56,984 bases of DNA, filler included, from Sphacelaria rigidula (GCA_964200075.2; 8 parts of 8 records of this genome joined end to end with filler, not necessarily neighbours in it); one strand, 5' to 3'. Counted from the whole stretch's first letter, positions 24,277 to 38,289 are shown. Notes: generated by a model from the letters alone, not told the origin. Translations and numbers: made by a program.

Positions 24277-26891
24277 CAGGCTGGGCCGTCCATCAAGCAG
24301 ACTTTCCCTCAGCCGGCCATAACTGGCGATGCATCGCAACTTGCGTCTACTAGAACACATCATGGTAATCTTCAAATCAACGCGCATCTTTCGCTCCAGC
24401 TAACACTGCAATCCGAGAAGTTCCCATCAAACGAAATACCAAACTGTTGTCAGCTGCGAAGTGTAGAGAGTTGAGGGTGACACGTACGGCGGCATTAGGA
24501 CAAACAAAATGCTGAGATCGTATGCTGTATTCGGTTACAGTCGGTTGTGCCGCGGCCGCAAAGTGGCGGTGCTGCTCAAGTTGTGGTTGTACAATGCATG
24601 TCGTACTGCAGGCGCGGAGTGTCTGAGATGATACGCAGACAAGGCCTCCGGCGCGCCGAGGCGTCTGGTAGCAGTCTGCGAACCGATGAGCAGTGGATGA
24701 AAAAAGCTCGTAAAGAACGTCGAAGTTCCGACTGAGGTACTCTGGAAGCAAGTCAACCGGTTCTCAGCAGAAAAGTGCGGTTGCGCTGCTCAGTTTGAAG
24801 TCGTTTAGTATAATGACACCTTGTACATAAGGTATGTGCAATGCCCCAAGTGTAATCCCTTCACTTTCTTGTTTGTTTTTTCCCCAGTGAGTAACACGTA
24901 ATCCGAATTTTGTAGACAACTTTTTCCGTGACATAATCCTCGATACCTCCTTGACAAAAAATCAAGGGAGGGGGAATAGGGTCGTTGATATAATAGCTCA
25001 CACATATCGTGTCAAAAATCCAGGGAAAACAACTTGAAATTGAACAGCGTAACCGTGGTTCAGAGTCTCCTCTTCCGATCGTTGCTGGTCCATCTCCACA
25101 CGGGAACCGGTTCTCGACACGACAACGCGATTACACTGCTCAATTTTGGGTCTTTTACCATGAATTTTAGACATGATGTACAGGACGTATATGCGAAGAC
25201 CCCACCGTTCCTCCCCATGCCCGGAATCCAGATTTCGTACGAGCTGGTTCAGATTGAACGCCCGAAATTCATTCCCCAGGATTTCATCACGCCGTTTTTT
25301 CGACTCAAAAGAACGAAAATTTGCACACATATTTTTGAGGAGACTATCTAAAACTCAAAGACCGTTTTGTTGTTGTTGTTGGTGGTGGTGGCGGTGGTGT
25401 CGAGATAGTCGGGATCTGACCCCTCCCTCGGTCAAGTAGGTCAACCGCGACATTGGATAAAAAGCCACCAAGATTTTTTTTTCGAAACCCCCCGGCTTCG
25501 AGTTTCAGATAGTGCCCTCCAGCACATGTGTGCAATTTTTCGTGGTCTAACTCGAGGAAACGGCGTGAGGAAATGTCAAAACGTGCGCTGAAGTATAAAA
25601 TACTCTATAATTCCTTGATCAAAGTACAGAATCGCCCTTTTCGGGGGTTGTTTTTACGGTAAAAATCCCAGCCGATTCAGTTTTTCGAGTTGAGCAACGA
25701 AAATTGGTTTGTTCCTTGGGATACCACCTCACCCGAACTAGTCAATATTATGGTGTTGGGGCCTTCTCTACCGGTTCCCTGGGGGTCTTTATGCTGGGAC
25801 CCCCGGAAGCCGGTAGAGAAGGGAGAAACTTTGAAATCTTGCCAACAATATAATTTTTTCCATTTGAAGCATCAATACCTACGGAACTGCCAAGTTTGAG
25901 GATGATCTGAGCTTTTCTTCAACAGATAAAAGGGAAATCGTCTCGAGGCTTCGTGGATCTTTCGTACGTATCATGAGTGGAAATTAGACGACGCCTAAGC
26001 TCCATATCACCAAAACATTACGGTTTTGGGAAAAATCCGACCCCGTTGGAACCGTTTTCAAATCTGTTTCTCCCGTTAGATTCCCAAGCTGATGACGGTT
26101 ACTACGATTTGAACCATGTCGAGATTCGGTGGAAATTGGGCTTGGAATTCGTGTTTTCAATTTCGGAACAAATTGGAAGGCGCTGATTGGTCGAGACATA
26201 TTTTTTCTAGAGTGCCAACTGCTATACCCCTGGACAAAAATCCAGCCATGTCACCCTTTTCGTCTTTCCATTGCGGTCAGTATGATACCACATTTGTGCA
26301 CATTGGCTGGATATCGCGTTCGTCTTTAGCCGGGGAATAAATTTTGGGGTATTCAATCTGAACTAGCTTGTAAACAACTTTTTTCGCGACAAAATCCTCG
26401 ATACCTCCTTGAAAAAAATCAAGGGAGGGGGAATAGGGTCGTTGATATAATAGCTCAACATATCATGTCAAAAATCCAGGGAAAACAACTTGAAATTGAA
26501 CAGCGTAACCGCGGTTCAGAGTTTCCTCTTCCCGTCGTGGCTGGCCCATCTCAACATGGGAACCGGTTCTCGACACGAAAACGCGATTACACTGCTCAAT
26601 TTTGGGTCGTTTACTATAAATATTAGACGTAATGTACAGCACGTATATGCGTAGACCCCACCGTTCCTCCCCATCTTCCCTCCTGTGAGTTCTTGACGAC
26701 GGAATTCAGGACAGGATTTTCGGAACAAAATTGCAAATCATCTCACGAACAGAAAAAAATGTAGGGGAGGAGAGATGGAATCTTCGCACATAAGCCCTGT
26801 ATCGTGTCAAAACTTCTTTGAAAACGACCCACAACTGGGCAAAATAATTGCGTGTCAATATTCCTGGTCGGCTCTTGGGCGACCTACCCTG
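24277..26891 (+). mobile_element. Non-autonomous Tc1/mariner-like element with an internal tandem duplication and a nested MITE
   Basis: TA-CAGGCTGGGCCGTCCA ... TGGGCGACCTACCCTG-TA (12/16 TIR match). Segment ~24895-25218 is repeated at ~26371-26673. Same family as 3438-5350. Confidence 0.75.
25240..26370. mobile_element. 1.13-kb Tc1/mariner-type MITE nested in the element above
   Basis: TIR CGAGCTGGTTCAGATTGAA / TTCAATCTGAACTAGCTTG with TA on both sides. Related copy at 35148-35580. Confidence 0.8.
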
Positions 26892-27174
26892 TATTTCAGT
26901 ATTCAGGCCGTTCCTTGTAGAAATACCTTTGTTTCATCGGACTTATTTTGCGGATTTCGAGCCTTGGCGAATTGGGCCTACTCTGAAAGATTTGCCATAC
27001 TTTTCAAGAGGATTATAGCGTTCCCCATCGTTCGTGCGCCTTGTTCCACCGTTAGCCGGATTCCCGATATTTTTGGGACCACTTGTCCCTTAGACGGTGG
27101 TGCTGGTAGTCCATCTGGACCACGCATATTTTCCCCAAGTCAATCCAGTCTTGCGTGAAAACAATTGAAAAAAC

Positions 27175-27490
27175 CAGGGGTCTACACGTTACACGTGCCA
27201 CAGCGTTACACGTTATGTTTTGGCCGAAACGTAACATGAACGCTATTTTTTTTTTACGTGATGAAGGTATCGTGAACGTAACGTTAAAACTTGAAATGAA
27301 ACGTTAACGTAACCTTAAATTTTTTTAACGTGACATACGTTACGTAACGTGAACGTTTAGTTGCCCAAACGTTCAAATCACGTATAATGAAACGTTTCAT
27401 GTAACGTGTAACGTCTATTACACGTTACACGTAACGTCATGTGTTACGTTACCCGCTACATGAAACGTCATAAACACGTCACATGCAGTC
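27175..27490 (+). mobile_element. One end of a hAT-like element with dense ACGTTAC/GTAACGT subterminal repeats
   Basis: Starts CAGGGGTCTACACGTTACACGT; many ACGT-core motifs in both orientations; matching end not seen. Confidence 0.55.
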
Positions 27491-28695
27491 GTGAAACTTC
27501 AAGTTTACAATGAACTCAACAATCCTTGAAGATGGTGCTTCAAATAACACGAGTGAGTTTGAAGGACCATGGTATATAGATATGGTACTACTGTAAAAAT
27601 TTCGCGCTCTCCTCACCACACGTCACATTCATAACATCATAATCATCTCGACCACATTCAAGGCTCCTTCTCATCTATAAAAAACACGTTGTGAGAAAAG
27701 CCGTTTCTCAACAGCGCGAATTTCCACATAAATTTTCCAAGTAGCCTTCCTCACAATATCGACGCGCTGTCAAAATTGGAAACGCAGTGCTCATCGTTTT
27801 CTATGACGTGTACAGGCATAATTTCAAATTCTGGGGCGCGCGAGATAGACGCAGCACTCTGCTATCGTGTCGTGGTGTACGGTCCGTACTACTGTTGTGA
27901 TGAATCGCCTGAGCAATACATGGTGAGCTGCGTGACGGAAGACAATCAATATGAACACCGCCTTGCTGTACTAACAACTGACTGTAGAAGTGACGGTTGT
28001 ACTTTTCACTGCACGGTAGTACTCGACTCCAAGGAAAGCACGGACAAGAGTACACACTACTGTATTGTATGCACACTACTGTATTGTATGCATTTGCTGT
28101 AAACTTTTTCGTGACATTGACAGTAGAGCGCTGATTGGGAGTGGCTTCATTCATTCGCTTCAACCCAGCCATGTATTGATTTCGTGTGCACGTTTTCTCC
28201 CCCCCATCACTAGCGTGTGCTACAAACTACACGTCAATATCCTACTCGAAGATATCAAGGGCCTCAGTGGCAAGCTACTACAGAAAGCATACCGGGTCTC
28301 GCGGAGGGGCATTTCGGAACTGAAATGGGTGATGCACTACATAGTGTTTACCCGCTCTTCACTCTCAATCTCACAAAAACCTTGTTTGTACTGATGGCTT
28401 GGCTGCCATCATCACTGCTGTCGCTGGTGCTCGCGGGCAGTCAGCNNNNNNNNNNNNNNNNNNNNNNNNNNNNNNNNNNNNNNNNNNNNTTAATTAATTA
28501 ANNNNNNNNNNNNNNNNNNNNNNNNNNNNNNNNNNNNNNNNNNNNGTTCCAAACGGTGTCAGGGGGTATGGATGAGCGTTATTGATCCACAACAAGCTTG
28601 TTCGAACAATCGTTGCTGCTTCTCGAAATTTCGAGCAACAAATGGCCCAAAATACCCCCCCCCCTATCGTAGGATGACTCCATCTTTTTCTGCAC

Positions 28696-31600
28696 ATGAC
28701 CATCGGCGACAGCCCTGATCACCAGCATTACGTCGAAACTGTCACCGACCTTTTTGCGGCGCTACTTGTCGCTTACCCCTCTGATCCCGGCGCCACCATC
28801 GCCGACGATGACCAGGATGACGATGGTTGGACTCCCACGAGTGCCAACGGCAGAGGCAAGAACAAGAACCGCCGGCGGGATGACGACGACAACGGTAGAG
28901 GAGGCCCACGCCGCCGCCATGGCGACGGAGGATCCTCCTCGGGCGGTTCCAGACCGAACCGCCCGGTCAACAATAACCGCGGCCCGACCGGGAAGAAAAC
29001 AGGAGGACCCTTCTGGACCTTCCACGCCAAGTTGGAACCAGTCTAGCACAGACCTGCCCCCCTCGGGTTCGGCGACACCCAGGCAAGTGATACCTAAGTT
29101 AGCCGATGTTTCGGGTCGCATTTTGGGTCTATCTGATTCAGACACACCAGACCGTCCATTGTCTTCTACTGCAGCCCGCGCTTTAGCAACCGCTGCGGCC
29201 GACAAAGGACGTTCCGAAGCTATAAAAAAAGCAGCTCCCGATAGAGTCGAGTCTGCCAAAGTAGCTGCAATACAGAAACAGTATATCAAGGTGGACGTGA
29301 AAAAGCTTCGGCATATCAAAAACATGCCTGCTGCGGATAACGAAGGTTCGGGACAGTTTACTTCTGCTCTCATTACATCCATTCGCCTTACGGTTTGCAA
29401 TATCCTTCACTTGGCGGGTGCAACTGGCGTCCAACGCTTTGAATATCCCAGTTGGGTAGACGGCTGGTAGACCCCATCGCACAAAGCCTTGCATCGATCC
29501 ATCAATCGCCGCTCTCCCGACATCACTGCTTCTTTAACACAGATTCTCGACGGCTTCCTCGCCGGAATGGATCCAGATCGTGCCAAGGGAAAGGCAGCCC
29601 CGGTATTGCTCTCTGATCTGGAAAGGCGTCTGATACGTTATTTCGACAAAAGTGACCGAGCAAGCGCCATCCAGAGGCTGCGTTTTTTTGCTGTCGCATC
29701 GGATGTCCCCTTCGCCGATTATCTTCGCGAATATAAGCTTTTGGTCTTTGGCACTACGGGTGTCGGACGGCAAAACGGATCGAGCGATGCAATGTGTCAG
29801 ACTAACGTTCGCAATAGCGTTGCTCAATAGTATCCGACTCTGATGCCGTCGTTGTTTCCGGGTGTCTTGGCGCATCGCGAGGTGTCTTACGCCTCTGTTG
29901 ATGCTATGTGGTCTGCTTTTGTACACCAAGAGGGTGATCTAACGCCCGCAATACGTAGCAAACCTTCGACACATCTGCGTTCACAATCTACGGTTGTGTC
30001 CTCCGCTCATGCTCAAGGGTCTCGCGGCAGAAATTCGAGTCCATCTCACGCTTCATGGACCCCCGACTCGGTCGCCGGTTCACTTATACATGTTCAAAGT
30101 AACAGAGATGCATTTACTGCGAGTTTTGATGGTTGGCCGTTTCCCGAGAAATTTGGGATGATGTTTATTTGACTTCAACAACGGCATTAATTACAGATGA
30201 CCCCCATTTGTGGAACCCACTTTTTTCGTCTCCTGCTAGACGCAATGCCTTCAGCCGTCATGCCAGCAGTTGCATCAACTTCAGTGTTCAAGGTCACAGT
30301 ATGCGTGACTGCGACAGTCCATGCATCAATGCCTTTGATCTCATGAACCCTGAAGTGCAGGACAATGAACCTGCGTGGCACCGATGGCAAGAACGCATGC
30401 GCGGCTATCGCGCACCAAACCGAAATTGTCGTAATGATTCGAACCCACGTGGCCACAAAAGCTCTCATCGCGGTCGCCGACAGAACAACAATATTGCAAG
30501 CCCTCGCCAGAACGATTATAATTCTCGCGACAACAAACGATCCCCTAGAAGACATCAGCGGACGGGGCCGACACACAACTCGAACCACAATACGAGAAAC
30601 CCTGGCACATTCACTTCGGATCGCGGAGACCCATGACGTCCCGACGTCGGCGTTCTACGGTCTTCCGCGCCGCCGACAGCAGTCGCGAAAATATTTTCAA
30701 CACAGCCCGCGGAGTCCGTGACTAAGATTGTTCACCCGGCTTCCCCGGCACTATGCAGGAGCTTTGCAGACGGCCGTTCAAATCGATCCCCGTCCTCAAT
30801 CTCCACACATTTTTCAACAGAGCCTGCAGAGCCCGCGGCTAGGAATGTTTGCCCGCCCCCCCGGCACTATGCAGGAGCGCAACTGACAGCCGGTCATATC
30901 GATCCAAGTCTTCACCCCTCCACACACCGCGTGACAGTTGTGTCACCCCGCGACTCAGACCTACACCCGCCCCTGAACTTGGTCCTTCAGTGCCGAGTTT
31001 AAGTCTGAGGTGTGGGGGGACCAACCACCAGTCGCTGAGGCAAAGCCCTCCCTCAGCGACCGCACGCACAGGTAGCAGCAAGCCTTTTTCAGCTGACCCA
31101 AGTGTTGCTGATTCGAACTCGACCACATAGGATCATTTATTTGCCAATCAGTTGGATCGAACTCCTTCCCCGCAATTTTCAACACGCGCGGACCTACCTC
31201 CGGCCGATTCTAACAACAACCGCCCCAACATGCCTTCGGCTATGACCCACCAGCCAAGCTTGCCTACGGAAAGCAGCCCACAACTTTCGCTCCGTGATGC
31301 CCCGATGGTGACCCCATCCACCCGACTGGATGCAGCTGTGGTTTCGTCCCAAAATGTTTTGGAATCCCCGACCTTTGTCACCGCGAAAGAGAAAGCCCCG
31401 TAAGCATGCCCCCAAGGACGCGCGCGCATCATTACGTACACCTCTTTCGAGCGAAAATCCTCGATCTCAATCTCTCCAAAATGCGACGACTTTGAACTCG
31501 ACGGCTCTATCAAGTATCACGGAAGAAACTACATCAAATATTTCTGACGTCACTACTTCTTCAATTTACGACTCCAGCCCCGCACAATCTGGATCCCCCT

Positions 31601-34600
31601 TGGACGGCGATCCCTGCCAACCAAAAACGATAATTTACTAAATCTTTAATGGTTACTCCGACAGTGCCACACCTGGAAATAATGTGCCGTCCACACTCTT
31701 CTCTGGTGAGAAATCTGATCTACCGGCGGATCACCCGCCATGCATTTCTGCTGTCAGCCCCGCTGATCCTGACCAATCTCCCTTGCCGGAACACGGTCCA
31801 GATCTTGTCGGCGATGAAGCGTCTGTGGATTCGGCCACTTTCACGACACGCGTTGCGATCCACTCTGGTCCAAACGCTACCACGCCTACAAAATGCGTAT
31901 CCTTGTTGGACAGCGGCAGTCCGCAAACATTTATTATTCTAGAATCAAAATGGAAAAAATACGTGAAACAGACTGATGCTGCTACAGCAGCTTGCGAAAC
32001 CACCACCCAACCTCGAGTATGGGGCGGTTTCGGTGATTCTGCCGCACCCCTAACGACACGAAAATCCGTAAATCTCAGTGTGCAATTCTTTCACAACACC
32101 ACTCGTTCTGCCAGCCTGGCAGCCTGGGCATACATTGTCCCCGACAGCACAATGCACCACGCCATATTACTGGGCAGATATAGCTATATGCGGTTTAATA
32201 AACGAACCTACCGCACGCTTCCACCTCTACACATTCCACGCTTCGTGGAGAATTCAACCTTGAACACTTTGGTACTCTCCACGGCGCCCTGGCCTACCAG
32301 AAGAATACTTAAGCAACCGGAGCTACTTACCACCTACGATACAACGGTAGCGTTGGTATTACACTCTCCGACGATCCTCAACTTTTAGAAGTTGCACTAG
32401 TTCGCCGAAATGGCATGCCAGCACTCACGGGTGATTATCTTGCCGAAGTATTACCCCGTATTGGCGCACCAACTGACACAGAACATTTTGTCTCGGCGGG
32501 ACAACAACTCCTCCCTCTTACGGGTCATGCTAACTTGGAACCCGGCGATATCTTAGGAATCGCCGCTGCTCCCCTGATGCACATCCCACTCGAGACGTGC
32601 GTAACAGAGCCTGCTGCACCAAACGCCACATCTCCAGCGGAGTCCGTCCATTGTGTCGATGAACCTTATTTTGACCTCACCTCTGCGACTTCACCCCAGG
32701 TTCACACCGTGGGTCCTGCAGAGTCAAATTCCGATCCTCCTGCTGAAGTGCTTCAACGCTCACCACCAGATTCTCGGAACAATTTCTGACACATGTGGCA
32801 CCAACTACCGCCACACATGCGCGACATCAATTTCGACACTCATGGGCCCGGCTGGGCACCGGCAGTCATCCGAGAACTCAGGGATGTCCTGCTACAGTAC
32901 CAAGAGCGATTTTCCCGATCCAAGACGGATCTTGGGCATTGCCAAACGCTGCCCTTTGAGAGGTTAGCCTCCAACCCGGCATCTCGCCGATCTCTTCTCG
33001 ACTATACCGGACAAACCCGATCCTTGCCAAGAAGATTAACGCCATCTTGGATGCATATTCGGGAGCGGGATTAATACAACATTCCTCCTCTCCTTGAGCC
33101 TTGGCCCTCGTGGTCGTCCCCCAAAAGGATGAAAACATACGCATAACCGTGGATTACCAACGATTGAACCGCGTCACTGTGGTGGGTAAACTTCCAATTC
33201 CCCGCATTGATGAAGTCTTCGACTCCTTAAGCGAAGGATAAATATTCAGCACCTTCGAACTCGCTTCTGGATTTTTTCAGAATGCTATCCATCCTGACAC
33301 AGTCCCACTGACGGCCTTTTGTACCTCCTCTGGACTCTACGAGTAGCTTCGAATGCCACAAGGCACTGCCACTGCCCCGGGATGCTTTCAACGCTTAATG
33401 CAACGCGTCACCGAGGGCCTCGAGCACATCACCATGTACCTGGATGACGCTATCGCTTCCGATGCCTTACCTATTGCACATATCCGTACTCTCAGAGAAT
33501 TCCTCATTCGCCTACGAACACACGATTTGAAACTGTCTCCATCTAAACCTTGCCTTAGTGCGACTGACTCGGATTTCCTGGGATATTCCATTTCGCCAGC
33601 AGGCCTACATCCGGATACAAACAAAGTCAAAGCGATAACTGACTTGCCGATGCCAACTAATATTTCTCAACTTCGCTCATTGTTGGGCGTACTATATCCG
33701 ACTACCGCATCTTTTGCCGAATCTATCGAAACGGATCTGCCCCCTTACTGAGCTACTCAAGAAAGGAGCCGTGTTTGCCTTCACAACCGATATGGAGAAT
33801 ATCACCCGCGAATTACTCAAGACGCTTACTTAAAAACCGGTACTCTGCTTTCCTGATTGGGAGGCAGTACAAGATGGCTCTCGCCTCTTCCAACTTCACA
33901 CTGACGCCAGCACGAACGAATTTGGAGGAGTTTTAAATCAACTTCAGGTTGATGGCTTCGTCCGACCCATTCTTTATATCAGTCGGGCTACCCTGCCCAA
34001 CAAGGCCAATCGGAGCCCGCTAAAACTAGAACGCGGAGTAATCACTTGGGCCATTAAGCGTCTTCGACAGTATTTGTTTCACGTGCCCTTTGAGATCTAT
34101 ACGGATTATGAGGCACTCGAACAACTCGCCAAGGTTGGCGAACACAACCCGCGTGTACAACGATGGTTGGAGTTTCTAACAGCATACCAGTATACCATTA
34201 AGCACCGTTTAGGCAAAACCAACGGGAACGCTGATTTTTCTCGCCTTCCCCTGCCGCCTACGGCCGCAGATTCCAGTCCGGCTTGGCGTGTAACGGAACC
34301 CGATGAACCTGGAATTTACCCAATTGGACGTTTTTCAGCGCCCGTTTATGCCCTCGACCTTCCAGTGCCCAGAAACCGGTATGCACATGGGAGGACCTCG
34401 CCCTCAAACATATGACGCCGTCTTGGGTGGGTTAGCGTCCACCACCTCCGATTTTGTCGATTTCCGCACTTTCGGTACTCGCGCGAAGCTCTTCACGGAG
34501 ACACCTTCGGTCACCCACCTAACCTCCGACAACACGCGCTCCCGGTCTGCCGCCCGCACCACCCCGAGTGCCCCGCCGCCACCGATAACACCTACAAATT

Positions 34601-35120
34601 CCACGAGTCACGCAACACAGGTTCCACGGACCAGCACGCAACGCTCCGCGAACACTCCTGCAACGTGCACTACGCGCCGCGGACAATCTTCGCCGGCACT
34701 ACTACAGCCCCGCCGCCTATAACGGCGCCACCAACACCCATCGCTCCCGAGTATGGAGCTGACGACGTAGCTCCTGCTCCCGGGGCAGATATTGACGTCG
34801 GCACTCCTGCCCCGTCGCCTATTCCCCCGCTGCCTACCCCACCAGGTTTGGTCGGCTCGCCAGCGGAAGGTCAACTACACGAGTTTCTCGCCAGCTACTC
34901 TGAGATCTCACAGTGATTGGGCTCGCGAACAAAACGCGAAACCGCTTTGTCGCGCAGCCATCCGATACTTACAACTCGACTGTCCAGTCCCTTTTCCGTC
35001 CGCCCTTCTGGTCCCGGTTGGCACACTGCCACCACCAGTTATTTTTGACGAATACGAGCTCGAGCGTAAAGGCAACCTTTTTACTACGGATGAAAGTGTA
35101 CAACCACTCGTAACACGGGA
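28696..35120 (+). mobile_element. Decayed Ty3/Gypsy LTR retrotransposon A (gag, protease, RT, RNase H, start of integrase linker); LTRs not in the contig
   Basis: Gag-like fragments 28754-30636 with degenerate zinc knuckle CINFSVQGHSMRDC. Protease LLDSGS at ~31903. RT motifs RITVDYQRLN, LPIPRIDE, MPQG and YLDD (33437-33448). RNase H LHTDAS and RVQRWLEFL. PR-RT-RH order is Gypsy-type. Many stops and frameshifts. Confidence 0.92.
31684..34300 (+). pseudogene. Gypsy pol (aspartic protease, reverse transcriptase, RNase H), disrupted
   Basis: ORF pieces 31684-32388, 32415-32789, 32793-33074, 33353-33751 and 34074-34415 with in-frame stops and frameshifts. Confidence 0.9.
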
Positions 35121-35147
35121 TCTTACAAATTGGGGATGGATCTTCTA

Positions 35148-35580
35148 CGGGCTGGTTCACGGTGATCACCCAAAATTGTGTCATCAGCAAACGCCTTCCG
35201 CAATACGCCCCCAATAGTCGCATATAAGGTATCATACTGACCGCAATGAAGAGACGAAGAGGGCGACATAGCCGGGGTTTTGTTCAAGGCCGTAGCAGTG
35301 GCGCTATGGACGAAAATATGTCTCAGTCAATCAGCGCTCTTCATACTGTTCCGAGATCTAAATTACGAATACCAAGCGCAATGTTCACCCAATCTCTACA
35401 TGCTTCAAACCGTAGTGATCGTCATTGACACGGGAATCTAACGAGAAAATCATATTTTTAAAACGGTTACTACGGGGATCGAATTATACCCGAAACCGTG
35501 ATGTTTCGGTGATGTCGGGTGTTGGCGTCGTCTAATTTCCATTAATGATACGCACGAAAGACCCAGGGAGCCTCGTGACG
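35148..35580. mobile_element. Partial Tc1/mariner-type MITE interrupting Gypsy A
   Basis: TA-CGGGCTGGTTCACGGTGA...CCCAAAAT resembles the reverse complement of the 26370 end. Segment 35450-35580 is the reverse complement of ~25940-26060. Confidence 0.65.
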
Positions 35581-36119
35581 NNNNNNNNNNNNNNNNNNNN
35601 NNNNNNNNNNNNNNNNNNNNNNNNTTAATTAATTAANNNNNNNNNNNNNNNNNNNNNNNNNNNNNNNNNNNNNNNNNNNNTGGGTTGCCCACTTGAGCCT
35701 CAATTCAGAGTTAAACCTCAATTCTCACAATTTGCTGTTCACTGCTGGCTCGTGCGGCATTCACAAGCCACTGACATATTCGCCAAAGATATACAACTCT
35801 AGTACCCGCTGGTCCGTGTATCCGGACGAACAACTTCAGGAACTGCAGGGTACCCATCACATAACATATGCCTGTCATGGTTGAAGCACTCGCAGATTAT
35901 GACAAGAGGCAAGAGTGCTTCATCCATACCTTCTCCCGCACCACAAAAAATGTAGACCAACACCAAGAATAAAGAAAGAAAAAAAACAAAGAAACACAAA
36001 GCATGAAAAAAACAAGGCAAAAAAAAACAAATCGAACCGATACAGTACAGTGTCCTCGAATTCCGTGAGATTCTCACGAGGAATCATGAGCAAAAATAAA
36101 TCAATCAATCAAACCGACA

Positions 36120-37650
36120 TACCCTAAAATGCAGTGCCTTAAAAAGCCGTGAGCGTTTCCGGTGTAGTCACAGGAAATCGGAGGCTCATCCCTGAACGGT
36201 CATCATACCCTGCCATAACTATATTATTAAAACAGTTTACTCTTACCGGATGTCCGATTTGTTCGAGTTCATTGGTAGAAAAACAAGCAAGCCCGCCAAG
36301 GCATTATATCACTCCGGTAACCAATTTCCTGCTAATCACTCGTCCCAGTTAATAAGCAAAAACCAACAACGTACAGCCGATTTCGTTGCGAAAAAGGTGG
36401 TTTCCCGCGGAAACCATATGCTGAAAAAAACAACGTAACACGCATGATACAGACAATCAACCCGGTTGACGTGAGTTAACTGTCGGCACATGTTTGTGAG
36501 AGCCACGTTTTGCTGTGGACGTCTGGGTAATGATCCAGTCGTACAGCACGTTTTTTTTCCCTCACACGACGAGATACGCAATCAACCGACCGGTTTATGA
36601 GGTCAGGTGTCCGTATACGTCAAAAGAAACGTAGTGAATCAATACACAACCTTCAGGCCTACTACGTAGTTCCGAGGCGGATCGCCCAACACATTTCTGA
36701 ACCACGACAAATACACAGGACAAGAGAGGACCAACGCAGCCCGCCCCTCACAGTATTTTCCCGCTCGGACTGGAACAAGACTGGCCCGAACACAAACAAC
36801 TGGAGTAAAAACCACAGCCGGTCGTACCGTCACGTTCCTTCGTCCAATAATCCCTGATAAAAACAAAACACTACCGACCGATTTCAGGGGCGGGTAATTG
36901 TACGCAAAAAACTGGTAAAAGTGACAGAAAAAATGCGAGTGGCGGACTCTGAGCCTGTAGGCTGTACCAATGGGCGAATGTCGACATGGCGGGACGGAAA
37001 ATTCCGTGAGAGCAATCTACCTTATCATTATTCGTAGTGCGCCTGTATGAGGAGACGTTTGCAACCGATTATAACGCGACTTCAATGACAATCCTTCAAC
37101 ACCGCTATGTACTACGCAGCCAGTGGTGACCTCGTTGTAACTTACCAATCACCAAAGTGTAAATCATCGCATCGCATTACCCGTGACCCTCCTATAAAGA
37201 AGATCGGTCACACGTGTGCAGGACTCGCAAATAAAAAATAGGCCAAGTGTTCTAGACTCGATGGTCAGAAACTTGGAAAACTCATGGCAAAATTCCCGAC
37301 ATAGACGCAGAAGCCAAAACCAAAGTGAATACACAACCAGGGGCACGTTGGGCTACGGCGAAAACGAAGTATCAGTAACATGAAGAAAAACAACGCGGGG
37401 CAACCGTCCTTGTAGGGGCTATCGTGTGTACGAAGCGAGTGGGGTCAAACGTTTCAGCCAAGAAGGTCAAAACATTTCAGGCACTCGACTTCGGTTACTA
37501 CCGCCCATGTTAATATAAAACTCAACGTGGTACGCACATAAAAAAAAGGGCACGTCACGACCGATCCCGAAGAGGCAGGCGGTATGCATGTACGGAGCGG
37601 TTGGGCAAGAGCGCAATTATTCCAGACGGGGGGGTCAGGTATATCTAGCA
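36120..37650 (-). repeat. Candidate 3' LTR of Gypsy B
   Basis: On the minus strand a T-rich 3' region is followed by a short purine tract AGGAGCGAG (37659-37651) and TG at 37650. No second LTR is available to confirm, and the distal boundary is a guess. Confidence 0.3.
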
Positions 37651-38289
37651 CTCGCTCCTAAAACTCTCGACCGAAAAGACAAAAAAAAAAAAACATGTTC
37701 CACAAAAGAAGACAAAAGGTGCGAAAAACGAAGAAGAAACAAAATTGAGATATAAATAACTCGTGGCAACTGTTCCAGTATACGGAATGGTCGTGAATGT
37801 ACGGCGCGAAGGACGGAGGTTCAAGGTTCCAGACTCGGGGGTCAGGAATGGAACGGTCGTCACTTGTACTTCGCCAGATGAACCCAGAACTAACCAAGAA
37901 ATTACTCATTGATCACACACAAAAAATCGAACACAAAGCACGACGCGAAAGGAAAAGAAAAAGAAAAAGGGGAGAAAAAAAGAAAGAAGACAGAAACAAA
38001 GCCAAACAAAATGACACCAAGGCAAAAACAAAACAAAACACAATGTCAGTGTCCAAAGCCAAAAAAAACCCAGAAAAATACAAAAAACAAAATATCAAAT
38101 GTCAAATGCCAGATACAAAAACAAAATACGAAACACAACACACAAACACTACAAGTACCGAGCTAATCAGTACGAAAAAATGAGAGGGGGGGAGACATAT
38201 GGTTTGCCAACGACGCTACGGTGCAAGGTAAGCGACTCGAACGTGGTATACTACGCAAGGTGAATGAGGGAGCAGACGCAAATGCGGCA

